From contig DFJF01000010.1 of assembly GCA_002372935.1 (NCBI GenBank), positions 1 to 62,922 on the forward strand: a stretch of DNA of 62,922 nucleotides, given 5' to 3'. The number at the start of each line of letters is the position of its first letter. Position 1 is the first letter of the stretch. The notes below the pieces were generated by a model, which did not search any database, was not told the DNA's origin, and was given only the letters and a program-made list of their open reading frames with translations. Below are positions 11,228 to 21,455 of the stretch, in pieces. The position numbers were made by a program, and so were the translations under genes. Source of the stretch: Clostridiales bacterium UBA3678. GTDB lineage: Bacteria > Bacillota > Clostridia > TANB77 > CAG-508.

Positions 11228-12598
11228 ATGAGTACAATTGCATCAATCTCTACTGCCCCAGGAATTGGAGGAATTGGAATAATTAGAATGAGTGGAAGAG
11301 ATACATTTAAAATATTAAATAAAATATTTGTTATGAAAAATTCAAAAGATATAAAAGAAATAAGTGGATATACAATGAAATATGGGCACATTGTTGAAAA
11401 TAACAGAACAATAGATGAAGTCCTTGTATCTTATTTTAAGTCACCAAAAAGTTATACAACAGAAGATATGTGTGAAATAAATTCACATGGTGGAACAGTG
11501 GTTATGAGAAAAATATTAGAATTATGTTTGAAAAATGGTGCTAATTTAGCAGAACCAGGAGAATTTACAAAAAGAGCTTTTTTGAATGGAAGAATTGATT
11601 TATCTCAAGCTGAATCTGTTATTGATATAATTAATGCTAAATCTGAAAGAGAAGCAAAAGAGGGAATAAAACAACTAAATGGATTTTTATCAAAAGAAAT
11701 TTTTGAAATAAAACAAATATTATTGGAGATAATGACCAATATAGAAGTTTCTATAGATTATCCAGAATATGATACACCAAATGTCACAAATGTAGAGATA
11801 TTAGAAAAAATTGATATTTCTCGAAAAAAATTAGAAGATTTAAAAGACTCTTTTGATAATGGAAAATATATAAAACAAGGTATAAAAACAGTTATAATTG
11901 GAAAACCAAATGCTGGAAAGTCTTCGCTTTTAAATGCTATTCTTAATGAAGATAGAGCAATAGTTACAGAGGTTGAAGGAACAACAAGAGATACAATTGA
12001 AGAATTTGTAAACATAAAAGGAATTCCGTTAAATTTGGTAGACACTGCTGGAATAAGAGAATCTCATGATATTGTAGAAAAAATAGGTATAGAAAAATCA
12101 AAAAAATTGGCAGAAGAGGCAGATTTAATTATTGCAATTTTTGATTCAAGCCAAAATTTTACAAATGAGGATTTAGAAATTTTAAAAATTGCAAAAAATA
12201 AAAAGTCAATTATTGTATTAAATAAAATAGATTTAAAACAAAAGATTACGTCTGACAATCCAGAATTAAAAGATTTAAATAAAAATCTGATAAATTTATC
12301 AGCAAAAAATAAAAATGGCTTAAATTTGCTTTTCGAAAAAATAAATGATATGTTTAATTTAAATGAAATAAATTTGGATAATGATGTTGTGATAACAAAT
12401 GAAAGACATAAAAACTTAATATCAACTGCAATAAAAAATTTAAATGAGGCTGAAAGAAGTTTAAATATTGGAATGCCTGTTGATATTATTGCAATTAATT
12501 TAAAAGATGTATTACATAACTTAGGAGAAATTACGGGGGAAGAAGCTAGTGAGGAAATTATAAATGAAATTTTCTCTAGATTTTGTCTAGGAAAGTAG
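11228..12598 (+). CDS. mnmE: tRNA modification GTPase MnmE
   Basis: GKPNAGKSS, GTTRD, DTAG, FCLGK C-terminus. Confidence 0.97.
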   Translation: MSTIASISTAPGIGGIGIIRMSGRDTFKILNKIFVMKNSKDIKEISGYTMKYGHIVENNRTIDEVLVSYFKSPKSYTTEDMCEINSHGGTVVMRKILELCLKNGANLAEPGEFTKRAFLNGRIDLSQAESVIDIINAKSEREAKEGIKQLNGFLSKEIFEIKQILLEIMTNIEVSIDYPEYDTPNVTNVEILEKIDISRKKLEDLKDSFDNGKYIKQGIKTVIIGKPNAGKSSLLNAILNEDRAIVTEVEGTTRDTIEEFVNIKGIPLNLVDTAGIRESHDIVEKIGIEKSKKLAEEADLIIAIFDSSQNFTNEDLEILKIAKNKKSIIVLNKIDLKQKITSDNPELKDLNKNLINLSAKNKNGLNLLFEKINDMFNLNEINLDNDVVITNERHKNLISTAIKNLNEAERSLNIGMPVDIIAINLKDVLHNLGEITGEEASEEIINEIFSRFCLGK

Positions 12599-12718
12599 CT
12601 ATGTATTATGTAAACCAGAATGTGCATAATTGCTTAAATATATTTTAAAATAAAGTATATTTTAAATTAAAAAACAAATGGTAATAATAGATGATGAAAG
12701 TGAGGAAGTAGTAATAAA

Positions 12719-14587
12719 ATGAGTTATTTTGCAGGAGAATATGATGTAGCTGTAATTGGAGCAGGACATGCAGGATGTGAAGCAGGACTTGCAGCAGCAA
12801 GACTAGGTATGAAAACATTAATTTTTTCTATAAGTTTAGAGGCTGTTGCAAATATGCCATGTAATCCACATATTGGAGGAAGTTCTAAAGGGCATTTAGT
12901 AAGAGAAATTGATTGTCTTGGTGGAGAAATGGGAAAAAATATAGATAAAACAATGATACAAATAAAAATGTTAAATACTTCAAAAGGGCCTGCAGTGCAT
13001 TCTTTAAGAGCACAAGCAGATAGAAAAAGATATCAAATGGAAATGAAGCATACACTAGAAAGACAAGAAAATTTGGAGTTAAAACAAGCAGAAATTACAA
13101 AAATTAATGTTAAAGATGGTAAAGTAGAATCAATAGAAACAGCAGTAGGTGCAATATATAAGGTTAAAGCTGTAATAGTTTCTACAGGGACATACTTAAA
13201 AGGAAAAATCTTTATTGGGGAATTTTCACAGGAAAGTGGACCAGATGGTGTATTTCCAGCTAATAAATTATCAGAATGTTTAAAAGAATTAGGAGTAAAA
13301 ATTGTAAGATTTAAAACAGGAACTCCTGCTAGAATCAATAGAAAAAGCATAGATTTTTCGAAGATGGAAGTACAAAAAGGTGATGAAAACATTGTTCCAT
13401 TTTCTTTAGATGATAAAGTAAAAAAATTTGAACAACAAGACTGCTATTTAACTTATACAAATGAAGAAACACATAAAATTATTCGTGAAAATTTGCAAAG
13501 ATCACCATTATATGCTGGAAAGATTGAGGGAACTGGACCTAGATATTGCCCATCAATTGAGGATAAAGTTGTAAGATTTGCAGATAAGCCAAGACATCAA
13601 ATATTTATAGAACCAATAGGCTTAGATACTGATGAAATGTATGCACAAGGGATGAGTTCATCACTTCCAGAAGATGTCCAAATTGCTATGTATAGAACGA
13701 TTCCAGGACTTGAGAATTGCGAGTTTACAAGACCTGCATATGCAATAGAATATGATTGTATAGATCCTTCACAATTAAAGTTATCTTTGGAGTATAAAAA
13801 TATTAGAGGCTTATTTTTTGCAGGACAAACAAATGGATCTTCAGGTTATGAAGAAGCTGCTTGTCAAGGACTGATGGCTGGAATAAATGCTTCTCAAGAG
13901 ATAAAAGGAGAAGAACCTCTTATTTTGGATAGAACTCAGGGCTATATTGGAGTTCTGATAGATGATTTAGTTACAAAAGGTACAAATGAACCTTATAGAA
14001 TGATGACTTCAAGAGCTGAATATAGATTACTTTTAAGGCAAGATAACGCAGATTTGCGATTAACAGAGATTGGACATGAAATAGGGCTTATTACTGATGA
14101 AAGATATAATAGATTTTTAACAAAAAAATCAAATATTGAAAAAGAAATAGAAAGATTAAAAAACACAGTTGTAAAACCTACAGAAGATGTAAATAAATTT
14201 TTAAGATTGCATGGAACAACAGAGATAACAAATGGATATAAAATGTCAGAATTATTAAAAAGGACAGAGATTAAATATAGTGATTTAGCAGAAATAGACA
14301 AGAATAGACCAGAACTAGATGAGGCGGAAAAAGAGGAAGTCGAGATTCAATTAAAATATGAGGGATATATAAAAATGGAAGAAGAACAAGTTGAAAAATT
14401 TAAAAAATTAGAGAAAAAAAGACTTCCAGACAATATAGATTATTTTTCTATAAAGGGATTATGCTTAGAAGCAAGACAAAAGTTGAATAAAATAAAACCT
14501 AACTCAATTGGGCAAGCTTCAAGAATTTCAGGCGTTTCACCTGCTGATATAAATGTATTACTTATTTATTTACAAATGAATAGATAG
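12719..14587 (+). CDS. mnmG: tRNA U34 carboxymethylaminomethyl modification enzyme MnmG
   Basis: [27 protein letters not shown]. Confidence 0.98.
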   Translation: MSYFAGEYDVAVIGAGHAGCEAGLAAARLGMKTLIFSISLEAVANMPCNPHIGGSSKGHLVREIDCLGGEMGKNIDKTMIQIKMLNTSKGPAVHSLRAQADRKRYQMEMKHTLERQENLELKQAEITKINVKDGKVESIETAVGAIYKVKAVIVSTGTYLKGKIFIGEFSQESGPDGVFPANKLSECLKELGVKIVRFKTGTPARINRKSIDFSKMEVQKGDENIVPFSLDDKVKKFEQQDCYLTYTNEETHKIIRENLQRSPLYAGKIEGTGPRYCPSIEDKVVRFADKPRHQIFIEPIGLDTDEMYAQGMSSSLPEDVQIAMYRTIPGLENCEFTRPAYAIEYDCIDPSQLKLSLEYKNIRGLFFAGQTNGSSGYEEAACQGLMAGINASQEIKGEEPLILDRTQGYIGVLIDDLVTKGTNEPYRMMTSRAEYRLLLRQDNADLRLTEIGHEIGLITDERYNRFLTKKSNIEKEIERLKNTVVKPTEDVNKFLRLHGTTEITNGYKMSELLKRTEIKYSDLAEIDKNRPELDEAEKEEVEIQLKYEGYIKMEEEQVEKFKKLEKKRLPDNIDYFSIKGLCLEARQKLNKIKPNSIGQASRISGVSPADINVLLIYLQMNR

Positions 14588-14619
14588 TTAAATTTTAAAT
14601 AAAGGAGGATATTTATTTT

Positions 14620-15342
14620 ATGGATATTAATTTTGAAAATAAAATGAGTAAATATGCAAAAGAATTAAATATTGAATTATCACAAAAGCAGTTGAGAGAA
14701 TTTTATGATTATTTGAATTTATTATTAGAATGGAATGAAAAAATTAATTTAACAGCAATAACAGAGATTAATGAAATAATTTTAAAACATTTTATAGATT
14801 CTTTAACTATTGCAAAGTATTTAAAAGATAGTGATAATTTTGTAGATGTTGGAACTGGAGCAGGATTTCCTGGGATTCCAATAGCGATTTGGAATAATAC
14901 TATAAATATTACATTATTAGATTCCTTAAATAAAAGAATATTGTTTTTAAATGATGTTATTAATAAATTAGATTTAAAAAATATAAAAACAATTCATGGA
15001 AGAGCAGAAGAATTTGGACAAAATAAACAGACAAGAGAAAAATATGATGTAGTAACATCAAGAGCTGTAGCAAACTTAACAACACTTTCAGAATATTTAT
15101 TACCAATTGTCAAAGTTGGAGGTAAGTGCATTTGCATGAAAGGATCTAACATTGATCAAGAACTGGATGATGCAAAATTTGCAATAAAAGAATTTGGTGG
15201 TGAAATTAAAAAAATTGAAAAGTTTGTTTTACCAGATTCAGATATAGAAAGAAATATTATTATAATAAATAAAATGAAGGAAACTCCAAAAAAATATCCA
15301 AGAAAAGCAGGCATGCCAAGCAAAGAACCTTTAAGAAAATAA
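14620..15342 (+). CDS. rsmG: 16S rRNA m7G527 methyltransferase
   Basis: NLTAI, KHFIDSL, DVGTGAGFPG. Confidence 0.96.
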   Translation: MDINFENKMSKYAKELNIELSQKQLREFYDYLNLLLEWNEKINLTAITEINEIILKHFIDSLTIAKYLKDSDNFVDVGTGAGFPGIPIAIWNNTINITLLDSLNKRILFLNDVINKLDLKNIKTIHGRAEEFGQNKQTREKYDVVTSRAVANLTTLSEYLLPIVKVGGKCICMKGSNIDQELDDAKFAIKEFGGEIKKIEKFVLPDSDIERNIIIINKMKETPKKYPRKAGMPSKEPLRK

Positions 15343-15385
15343 AAAGTTATCCACATCAAAATTTTAAGATGTGGATAACTTTTTT
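15341..15385 (+). terminator. Terminator hairpin whose arms are two perfect DnaA boxes
   Basis: AAAAAGTTATCCACATC-loop-GATGTGGATAACTTTTT. Confidence 0.7.
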
Positions 15386-15443
15386 GTGAAACATTTAAAA
15401 ATTTGATTACAGGAAATCCTACTCCCAACGGATAATTGGAGAA

Positions 15444-15469
15444 TGTTTCACACAGTTCATTGTGAAACA
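15444..15469. promoter_or_regulatory. parS-like inverted repeat with a 10-bp insert
   Basis: TGTTTCAC-ACAGTTCATT-GTGAAACA; extra half-site GTGAAACA near 15386. Confidence 0.4.
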
Positions 15470-15522
15470 AGCATTAATTTATTTACAAAATGTGGATAAT
15501 TTTAAAATCGCAATTGACATTT

Positions 15523-15539
15523 TTCGACAAAATTCGACA
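15523..15539 (-). promoter_or_regulatory. Tandem Spo0A boxes upstream of soj
   Basis: TTCGACA at 15523 and 15533. Confidence 0.6.
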
Positions 15540-15681
15540 AAAAAATAAAGGCAAGTTTATAACTATAAGTATGAATTAAAAATTAAAAAAATATTTAATA
15601 AAATCATTGACATATTTTTAATATTTGTATATTATATTATAAGAAAAAATATTAACTAATGTAGAAATTGGAGGGAGCAAT

Positions 15682-16470
15682 TTGGGAAAAATAATATCTA
15701 TAGCAAATCAAAAAGGTGGAGTCGGAAAAACAACAACTGCAGTAAATTTAAGTGCAATTCTAGCAAGAAAAGGAAAGAAAGTTTTATTAATAGATGCAGA
15801 TCCACAGGGTAATGCAACAAGTGGGATTGGAATAGATAAAAAAGTTAATTTATCAACCTATGACTTGTTAACTGGGGAAGACAAAGCGGTTGACATAATA
15901 CAAAAAACAGAAATTAAAAATTTATCAATTTGTCCATCAAATATTAATCTAGCAGGGGCAGAAGTAAAGCTAGTTTCAATGATGTCAAGAGAACAAAGAT
16001 TAAAAGAAAAATTAGAGCCTGTAAAAGATAAATATGATTATATTTTTATTGATTGCCCACCATCATTAGGATTAATTACTCTAAATGCATTTACTGCATC
16101 AAATAGTGTTTTAATACCTGTACAATGTGAATATTATGCATTAGAGGGACTAGGACAACTTATTAATACAATAGAGATTGTAAAAAGGCACTTAAATAAA
16201 GATTTATATATAGAAGGTGCGCTTCTTACCATGTATGATATTAGGACAAATTTATCAAATCAAGTTGTAAAAGAAATAAAAAAATATTTTAACAATAAAG
16301 TTTATAAAACGATTATACCAAGAAATGTCAGAGTTAGTGAGGCACCAAGTTATGGATTACCAATAACAGTTTATGATCCACATTCTAAAGGTGCAAAGAG
16401 TTATGAGAAATTAGGCAAAGAATTTTTAAAAGTAGACTCTGCAATTAATATAGAAAAGGAGGAAGAATAA
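15682..16470 (+). CDS. soj: ParA/Soj ATPase
   Basis: NQKGGVGKTT, DADPQGN, DCPPSLG. Confidence 0.96.
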   Translation: MGKIISIANQKGGVGKTTTAVNLSAILARKGKKVLLIDADPQGNATSGIGIDKKVNLSTYDLLTGEDKAVDIIQKTEIKNLSICPSNINLAGAEVKLVSMMSREQRLKEKLEPVKDKYDYIFIDCPPSLGLITLNAFTASNSVLIPVQCEYYALEGLGQLINTIEIVKRHLNKDLYIEGALLTMYDIRTNLSNQVVKEIKKYFNNKVYKTIIPRNVRVSEAPSYGLPITVYDPHSKGAKSYEKLGKEFLKVDSAINIEKEEE

Positions 16471-17316
16471 ATGATAAAGAAAACAGGACTTGGAAAAGGA
16501 TTAGATGCACTATTTTCAATGCCAGAAATAGAAGCAGAACAGTCAAAAGAAGGAGATCAATTAAAAAATTTAAAAATAATAGATGTAGAACCAAATAGAG
16601 AACAAGCAAGAAAAGTTTTTGATCAAGATTCATTACAAGAACTTGCAGATTCAATAAAAATGTATGGTGTGATACAGCCAATTGTAGTAACAGAGAAAAA
16701 TGGATATTATTCAATAGTTGCTGGAGAAAGAAGATGGAGAGCAGCAAAAATAGCTGGGTTAACAGAAATTCCAGCAATTGTTAGAGATGGAGATGAAAAG
16801 AAAAATAAAGAGATATCTCTTATAGAAAATATTCAAAGAGAAGATTTAAATCCAATAGACAAAGCAGAAGGTATAAAATCTTTAATAGATGAGTATCATT
16901 TAACACAAGAAGAGATTGGTAAAATTTTAGGAAAAGCAAGAAGCAGTGTTGCAAATACCATACGTATATTAAATTTATCTCCAAAAGTTTTAGAACTTGT
17001 AAGAGAAGGCAAATTGTCAGAAGGACATTGTAGATCATTATTAATGGAGACAGATCCTGATGCTCAATACAAAATGGCTTTAAGAATAATAAACAATAGT
17101 CAAACAGTAAGACAAACAGAAGAAAAAATTCACAGAAAAAAACATGTCCTAGACTATGACCCAAGATATGAAGCTGTATATAGAGATGTTGAAGATAGAT
17201 TTACTGGATTTTTTGGAACAAAGGTTAAGGTAAATGCTGGAAAAAGAGCTGGAAAAATTGTTATTGAGTACAAAACAAATAGCGATTTAGAAAGAATTTT
17301 GGATTTGATAAAATAA
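16471..17316 (+). CDS. spo0J: ParB/Spo0J partition protein
   Basis: GLGKGLDAL, AGERRWRAA, ENIQREDL. Confidence 0.95.
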   Translation: MIKKTGLGKGLDALFSMPEIEAEQSKEGDQLKNLKIIDVEPNREQARKVFDQDSLQELADSIKMYGVIQPIVVTEKNGYYSIVAGERRWRAAKIAGLTEIPAIVRDGDEKKNKEISLIENIQREDLNPIDKAEGIKSLIDEYHLTQEEIGKILGKARSSVANTIRILNLSPKVLELVREGKLSEGHCRSLLMETDPDAQYKMALRIINNSQTVRQTEEKIHRKKHVLDYDPRYEAVYRDVEDRFTGFFGTKVKVNAGKRAGKIVIEYKTNSDLERILDLIK

Positions 17317-17338
17317 AAGACAATTTAAGGAGGCAAAA

Positions 17339-17830
17339 ATGTTAGATTTTTTAAAAACAGATACAAGTATAATTATAATTTTTATAATAAATATAATTTT
17401 ATTTATAGGTGTTATAGTTAGTTATGCACGAATAAATAAGATTAATAAAAATATGAATGAATTTATGAAAAAATTAGGGGATGGCAAAGATATAAGAGAA
17501 GATTTAAGTAAATATATGGATAGAGTAACAGGAGTAGAGACAGGTCTAAAAGAAACAAATTTAAAATATGATCAGTTAGACTACCAAATACAAAGATGTG
17601 TTCAGAAAATAGGAGTTGTTAGATATAATGCATATAAAGATTCTGGAAGTGATTTAAGTTTTGCAGTAGCATTATTAGATGAAAATAATAATGGTGTTGT
17701 TTTTAATGGTATTTATTCTAGAGAAATGTCAAATATATATGCAAAGCCTGTTTTTGATGGCAAGTCTAAATATACAATTACAGATGAAGAAAATCAAGCA
17801 ATAGATAAAGCTATTAATTTTATTGAATAA
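17339..17830 (+). CDS. DUF4446-like protein
   Basis: N-terminal TM; VVRYNAY..GSDLSFAVALLD..YAKP; typical position after parB in Clostridia. Confidence 0.75.
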   Translation: MLDFLKTDTSIIIIFIINIILFIGVIVSYARINKINKNMNEFMKKLGDGKDIREDLSKYMDRVTGVETGLKETNLKYDQLDYQIQRCVQKIGVVRYNAYKDSGSDLSFAVALLDENNNGVVFNGIYSREMSNIYAKPVFDGKSKYTITDEENQAIDKAINFIE

Positions 17831-17895
17831 AATTTTAAAAAAGTATTGACAAATTAGCAGAATATATGGTATTATAAAAATTGTCAATGCCACAC

Positions 17896-17986
<91 letters not shown>

Positions 17987-18034
17987 ACATTATATGAGTA
18001 TTGTATTTTGCAATACTCTTTAATATTATAAAAT

Positions 18035-18124
18035 GTAGGTGTACCCAAGTGGTGAAGGGGGCAGTTTGCTAAACTGCTAGGTCGAGTAATCGGCGCGGAG
18101 GTTCAAACCCTCTCACCTACGCCA
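18035..18124 (+). tRNA. tRNA-Ser(GCU)
   Basis: GCAGT-TTGCTAA-ACTGC anticodon arm, long variable arm, CCA end. Confidence 0.95.
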
Positions 18125-18369
18125 GAGTAGGTATAAAGAGTTATAATCTTTATATCTTTTTTTATAAAAGTTGAAAAAGTAAAAAATATATGATATTAGT
18201 AAATAGAATACGAAAAGAAGAAATGTTTTAAGTCAATTAATTTAAAAAATATTTTCAAGATATGGAATTTGAAAAATTAAACAGAAAAAAATAGAAGATA
18301 TGTAAATCCAAGTCTATATTTATATGAAAATTTTTAAAAATGAATTGAAAAGGCAAAATTATACTTTTT

Positions 18370-18420
18370 TTCTTAAAAATTTACAAAAAAGTTGCAAGTT
18401 TTTTATAAAAGGTGTATAAT
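18370..18420 (+). promoter_or_regulatory. Sigma-A promoter of the pilin genes with a direct-repeat operator overlapping -35
   Basis: TTGCAA-N17-TATAAT; TTACA-N6-TTGCA. Confidence 0.55.
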
Positions 18421-18444
18421 TAATATTGAATTGTGGTGATAAAA

Positions 18445-18822
18445 ATGAAAAATATGTTGAAAATAGCTACCAAAATAGGAATTCTATTTATTTTGTTAAT
18501 TTTTATTTTAAGTTATAATAGGGTTAATGCGGATTCTGGTGCAGATGTTGATCCAAATAGTTGGAAACCTGCTTCTGAAAGTACTAGTTTATTATTTGAC
18601 GATAAAGTCGAAGTTATTTTAGGGGCAATGCGAGCAATTGGTATAATTGTATCTGTGGGAGTCTTGATTACAATAGGCATAAAGACCATGTTAGCAAGTG
18701 TAGAAGAGAAATCTTATTATAAAGAAGTCATGCCAGGATATATAATTGGAGCTTTACTTGTATTTTCTATAACTACAATACCATCATTAATATATAAGGC
18801 GTTAAAAGATTTTAATAATTAA
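18445..18822 (+). CDS. TrbC/VirB2-like pilin 1
   Basis: Signal peptide, then two TM helices flanking GIKTMLASVEEKSYYK. Confidence 0.72.
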   Translation: MKNMLKIATKIGILFILLIFILSYNRVNADSGADVDPNSWKPASESTSLLFDDKVEVILGAMRAIGIIVSVGVLITIGIKTMLASVEEKSYYKEVMPGYIIGALLVFSITTIPSLIYKALKDFNN

Positions 18823-18865
18823 AAATATAGTCATAGTCATTGTATTGCGCTAAGAAGGAGGAACT

Positions 18866-19252
18866 ATGAAAAATAGAATTTTAAAAATAATACTAATTTT
18901 ATTGTGTATTATAAATGTTTTTCTCTTTTTTCCTGTTAGGATATATGCAGCAGATGGAGTCGAAGATGCTATTTCTGGAGCCGATAACTTTCTAAAAAAA
19001 GGGACTCCTCAAATAAACAATACTGAATTAAAGAAAACCAGTGATACTATTTATAATGCTTTATTGATAGTAGGAGTTGCATTAACAGCAATAATAGGAG
19101 TTGTTTTGGGAATAAAGTTCATGATTGCAAGTGTAGAAGACAAAGCAAAAGTAAAAGAAGCATTTGTTCCATATATTATGGGATGCATTGTTATTTATGG
19201 TGCATTTGGTATATGGAGAGTATTTCTTGTACTAGGAAACAAATTAAATTAA
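18866..19252 (+). CDS. TrbC/VirB2-like pilin 2
   Basis: Signal peptide, then TM-GIKFMIASVEDKAKVK-TM. Confidence 0.75.
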   Translation: MKNRILKIILILLCIINVFLFFPVRIYAADGVEDAISGADNFLKKGTPQINNTELKKTSDTIYNALLIVGVALTAIIGVVLGIKFMIASVEDKAKVKEAFVPYIMGCIVIYGAFGIWRVFLVLGNKLN

Positions 19253-19325
19253 AATTGATATTAACTTTCTAATATTTTATTAGAATTTATATAAATCATA
19301 AAAAATTAAAAGGAGGAAAAAAATT

Positions 19326-19679
19326 ATGAGCAAGAAAACACTAAGAATAATTACTATAATTGCTACAATTGTTGCAGTAGTATGTATATTTTCAATGTCT
19401 TTTGCAGCAACAGACCCAAAAAGTTTAACTGGAAAAGATACAAAAGATTTTGATAACGTAGGTAATGTAATAATTGGTGCATTGAAAGCAATAGGAACAA
19501 TAATTGCAGTTGCCATTTTAATTGTTTTGGGTATAAAATACATGATGGGAAGTGCAGAGGAGAAAGCTGAATACAAGAAGACAATGATACCATATTTAAT
19601 TGGTGCAGTATTGATCTTTGCTGCTCCATATATTGCAAGTGCAATTTACAATTTTGCAGGTAGCAACTTTAAATCATAA
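19326..19679 (+). CDS. TrbC/VirB2-like pilin 3
   Basis: Signal peptide (SFA), then TM-GIKYMMGSAEEKAEYKK-TM; strong RBS. Confidence 0.8.
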   Translation: MSKKTLRIITIIATIVAVVCIFSMSFAATDPKSLTGKDTKDFDNVGNVIIGALKAIGTIIAVAILIVLGIKYMMGSAEEKAEYKKTMIPYLIGAVLIFAAPYIASAIYNFAGSNFKS

Positions 19680-19696
19680 TTATTCTAATAATTAAT

Positions 19697-19735
19697 AAAA
19701 AATCAGAAGAACAATATTGTTTTTCTGATTTTTTT
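19697..19735 (+). terminator. Intrinsic terminator after the pilin genes
   Basis: AAAAAATCAGAAGAACA/TGTTTTTCTGATTTTTTT. Confidence 0.75.
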
Positions 19736-19737
19736 AT

Positions 19738-19776
19738 TTCTTAAAAGTTACAAAAAAGTTACAAACATATTACAAA
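19738..19776. promoter_or_regulatory. Triple TTACAAA direct repeat (11-bp period) upstream of the prgI-virB4 operon
   Basis: TTACAAA at 19748, 19759 and 19770; minus strand reads TGTAAT-N5-TGTAAC-N5-TGTAAC. Confidence 0.55.
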
Positions 19777-19882
19777 TATATTATTTTAAAAAAAATTCAA
19801 ATAAAATGTTCCATTTTATGATAAAATCTGATATAATTTATTATAGAGAAAATAGGTGGATTTTATCCAAAAAGGAGGAACT

Positions 19883-20233
19883 ATGGGAGGACCATATAAT
19901 ATACCTAGGAATTATAAAGGTGAAGGAAGAATTTTATTTATATTTTCAACAAAAGCATTTATATATACTTTAATTAGTGGTTTGATAGGTGTGCCATTTT
20001 GGTTTGTTTTTAGGATATTTAATCATTCATTAGTGGGACTTATATTTATTGTATTTTTTGCACTCATAGGCTTTATAATAGGAACATTTAAAATACCGGA
20101 CAACCAAAGATTTGAATTTAATAGAAATGTTGGAGGAGAAGCAATAGACGACATTATAGTAAGATGGATTAAATTCAAAAAAAATGGAAAGAGAATATAT
20201 GTGTATAAGGAGGAAACAAAAGATGTCAAATAG
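19883..20233 (+). CDS. PrgI/VirB3-like membrane protein
   Basis: YNIPRNYKGEGRILFIFS, two TMs, basic C-terminus; upstream of VirB4. Confidence 0.7.
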   Translation: MGGPYNIPRNYKGEGRILFIFSTKAFIYTLISGLIGVPFWFVFRIFNHSLVGLIFIVFFALIGFIIGTFKIPDNQRFEFNRNVGGEAIDDIIVRWIKFKKNGKRIYVYKEETKDVK

Positions 20234-21455
20234 CCAAATAGCAACACTATTAATGGGTGTATTGGGTATAATGTTTTTTATATTAATTGTACTGATAGGA
20301 ATATATGTTATTATTAGAATTAAATCAAAAAATAAACAAAAAGAAGATGAAAATGAAGAAAATGTATCAAGTAAATCCAAAGTTGAACAAATGTATAATC
20401 TAAAATCTATTTTTAATTTTATGGAGTTTGATAAAATAGAAGACAATATGATTGTTCAAAAAAAAGGAAAAAAATTTATTATGATTGTCAAATGCCAGGG
20501 TATAAATTATGATTTAATGTCTGGTGTTGAAAAAAGCGGTGTTGAGCAAGGATTTATACAGTATCTTAATTCATTAAGATATCCAATTCAAATTTATATA
20601 CAGACAAGAACTGTTGATTTAACAGGAAGTATAAGTACATATAAACAAAAAATAAGAAAATTGGGTGATGATTTAGCACATAAAGAATTTGATTACAATC
20701 AAAAAGTAAGAAGTGGGCAATATAATAGAAAGCAATTAGAAAAAGAAAGATTTGAGCTTGTAAAAGCAAGAAACCTTTACGAATATGGTACAGATATCGT
20801 TGCAAATACAGAAAGAATGAGCTTAAATAAGAGTATTTTGACAAAACAATATTATATTGTTTTATCATATTATCCGGAAGAAGTTTCAAATAGCAATTAT
20901 TCAGCAGATGAAATATCTGGAATGGCTTTTTCAGAATTGTATACAAGAGCTCAAACAACGATCAATTTAATGTCTGTTTGTGGAGTTGCTGGAAAAATAT
21001 TAGATTCTTATGAGTTGGCGGAATTATTATATTCTGCATATAACAGAGACGAAGCAGAGACTTATGAATTAAAGAAAGCGATAAATTCAGGATATGATAG
21101 TTTATATGTTACTGCTCCAGATGTTTTAGAGAAAAGAAAGAGAGAATTAGATAAACAAATTGAAATTGATGCAATAAATATGGCAAATAGAGCAGTTGAT
21201 GAAGTAAGACAAGAAACTGAGCTGGAAAAAGAGGTAAGAAAAAGGGAAGAAGAATATAATGAAATGGTTGCTCGCATGGCAGAATTAGTATTAGAAAATA
21301 ATCAAGACATTTTAGGAAAAAGTGTAGTTAATAAAGCTAAACAAAAAGTTAATGATTTAGAAAAAGCAAATGATGAAAAAGATAAGAACAAGGAGGAAGT
21401 AGTAAATGAGCAAAAGAAAGTTAAAAGAGCAGGAAGACCTAGAAAGACAGCATGA
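20223..21455 (+). CDS. T4SS-associated TraC/TcpE-like membrane-anchored protein
   Basis: N-terminal TM, INYDL..EK..FIQYLNSL.YPIQIYIQTR core, coiled-coil tail; overlaps both neighbours. Confidence 0.6.
   Translation: MSNSQIATLLMGVLGIMFFILIVLIGIYVIIRIKSKNKQKEDENEENVSSKSKVEQMYNLKSIFNFMEFDKIEDNMIVQKKGKKFIMIVKCQGINYDLMSGVEKSGVEQGFIQYLNSLRYPIQIYIQTRTVDLTGSISTYKQKIRKLGDDLAHKEFDYNQKVRSGQYNRKQLEKERFELVKARNLYEYGTDIVANTERMSLNKSILTKQYYIVLSYYPEEVSNSNYSADEISGMAFSELYTRAQTTINLMSVCGVAGKILDSYELAELLYSAYNRDEAETYELKKAINSGYDSLYVTAPDVLEKRKRELDKQIEIDAINMANRAVDEVRQETELEKEVRKREEEYNEMVARMAELVLENNQDILGKSVVNKAKQKVNDLEKANDEKDKNKEEVVNEQKKVKRAGRPRKTA

Noticed and set aside
12590-12617. dif-like TATGTATTATGTAAAC after mnmE
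   Set aside because: Only the XerD-like arm matches, there is no XerC arm, and the site is next to oriC; likely chance.
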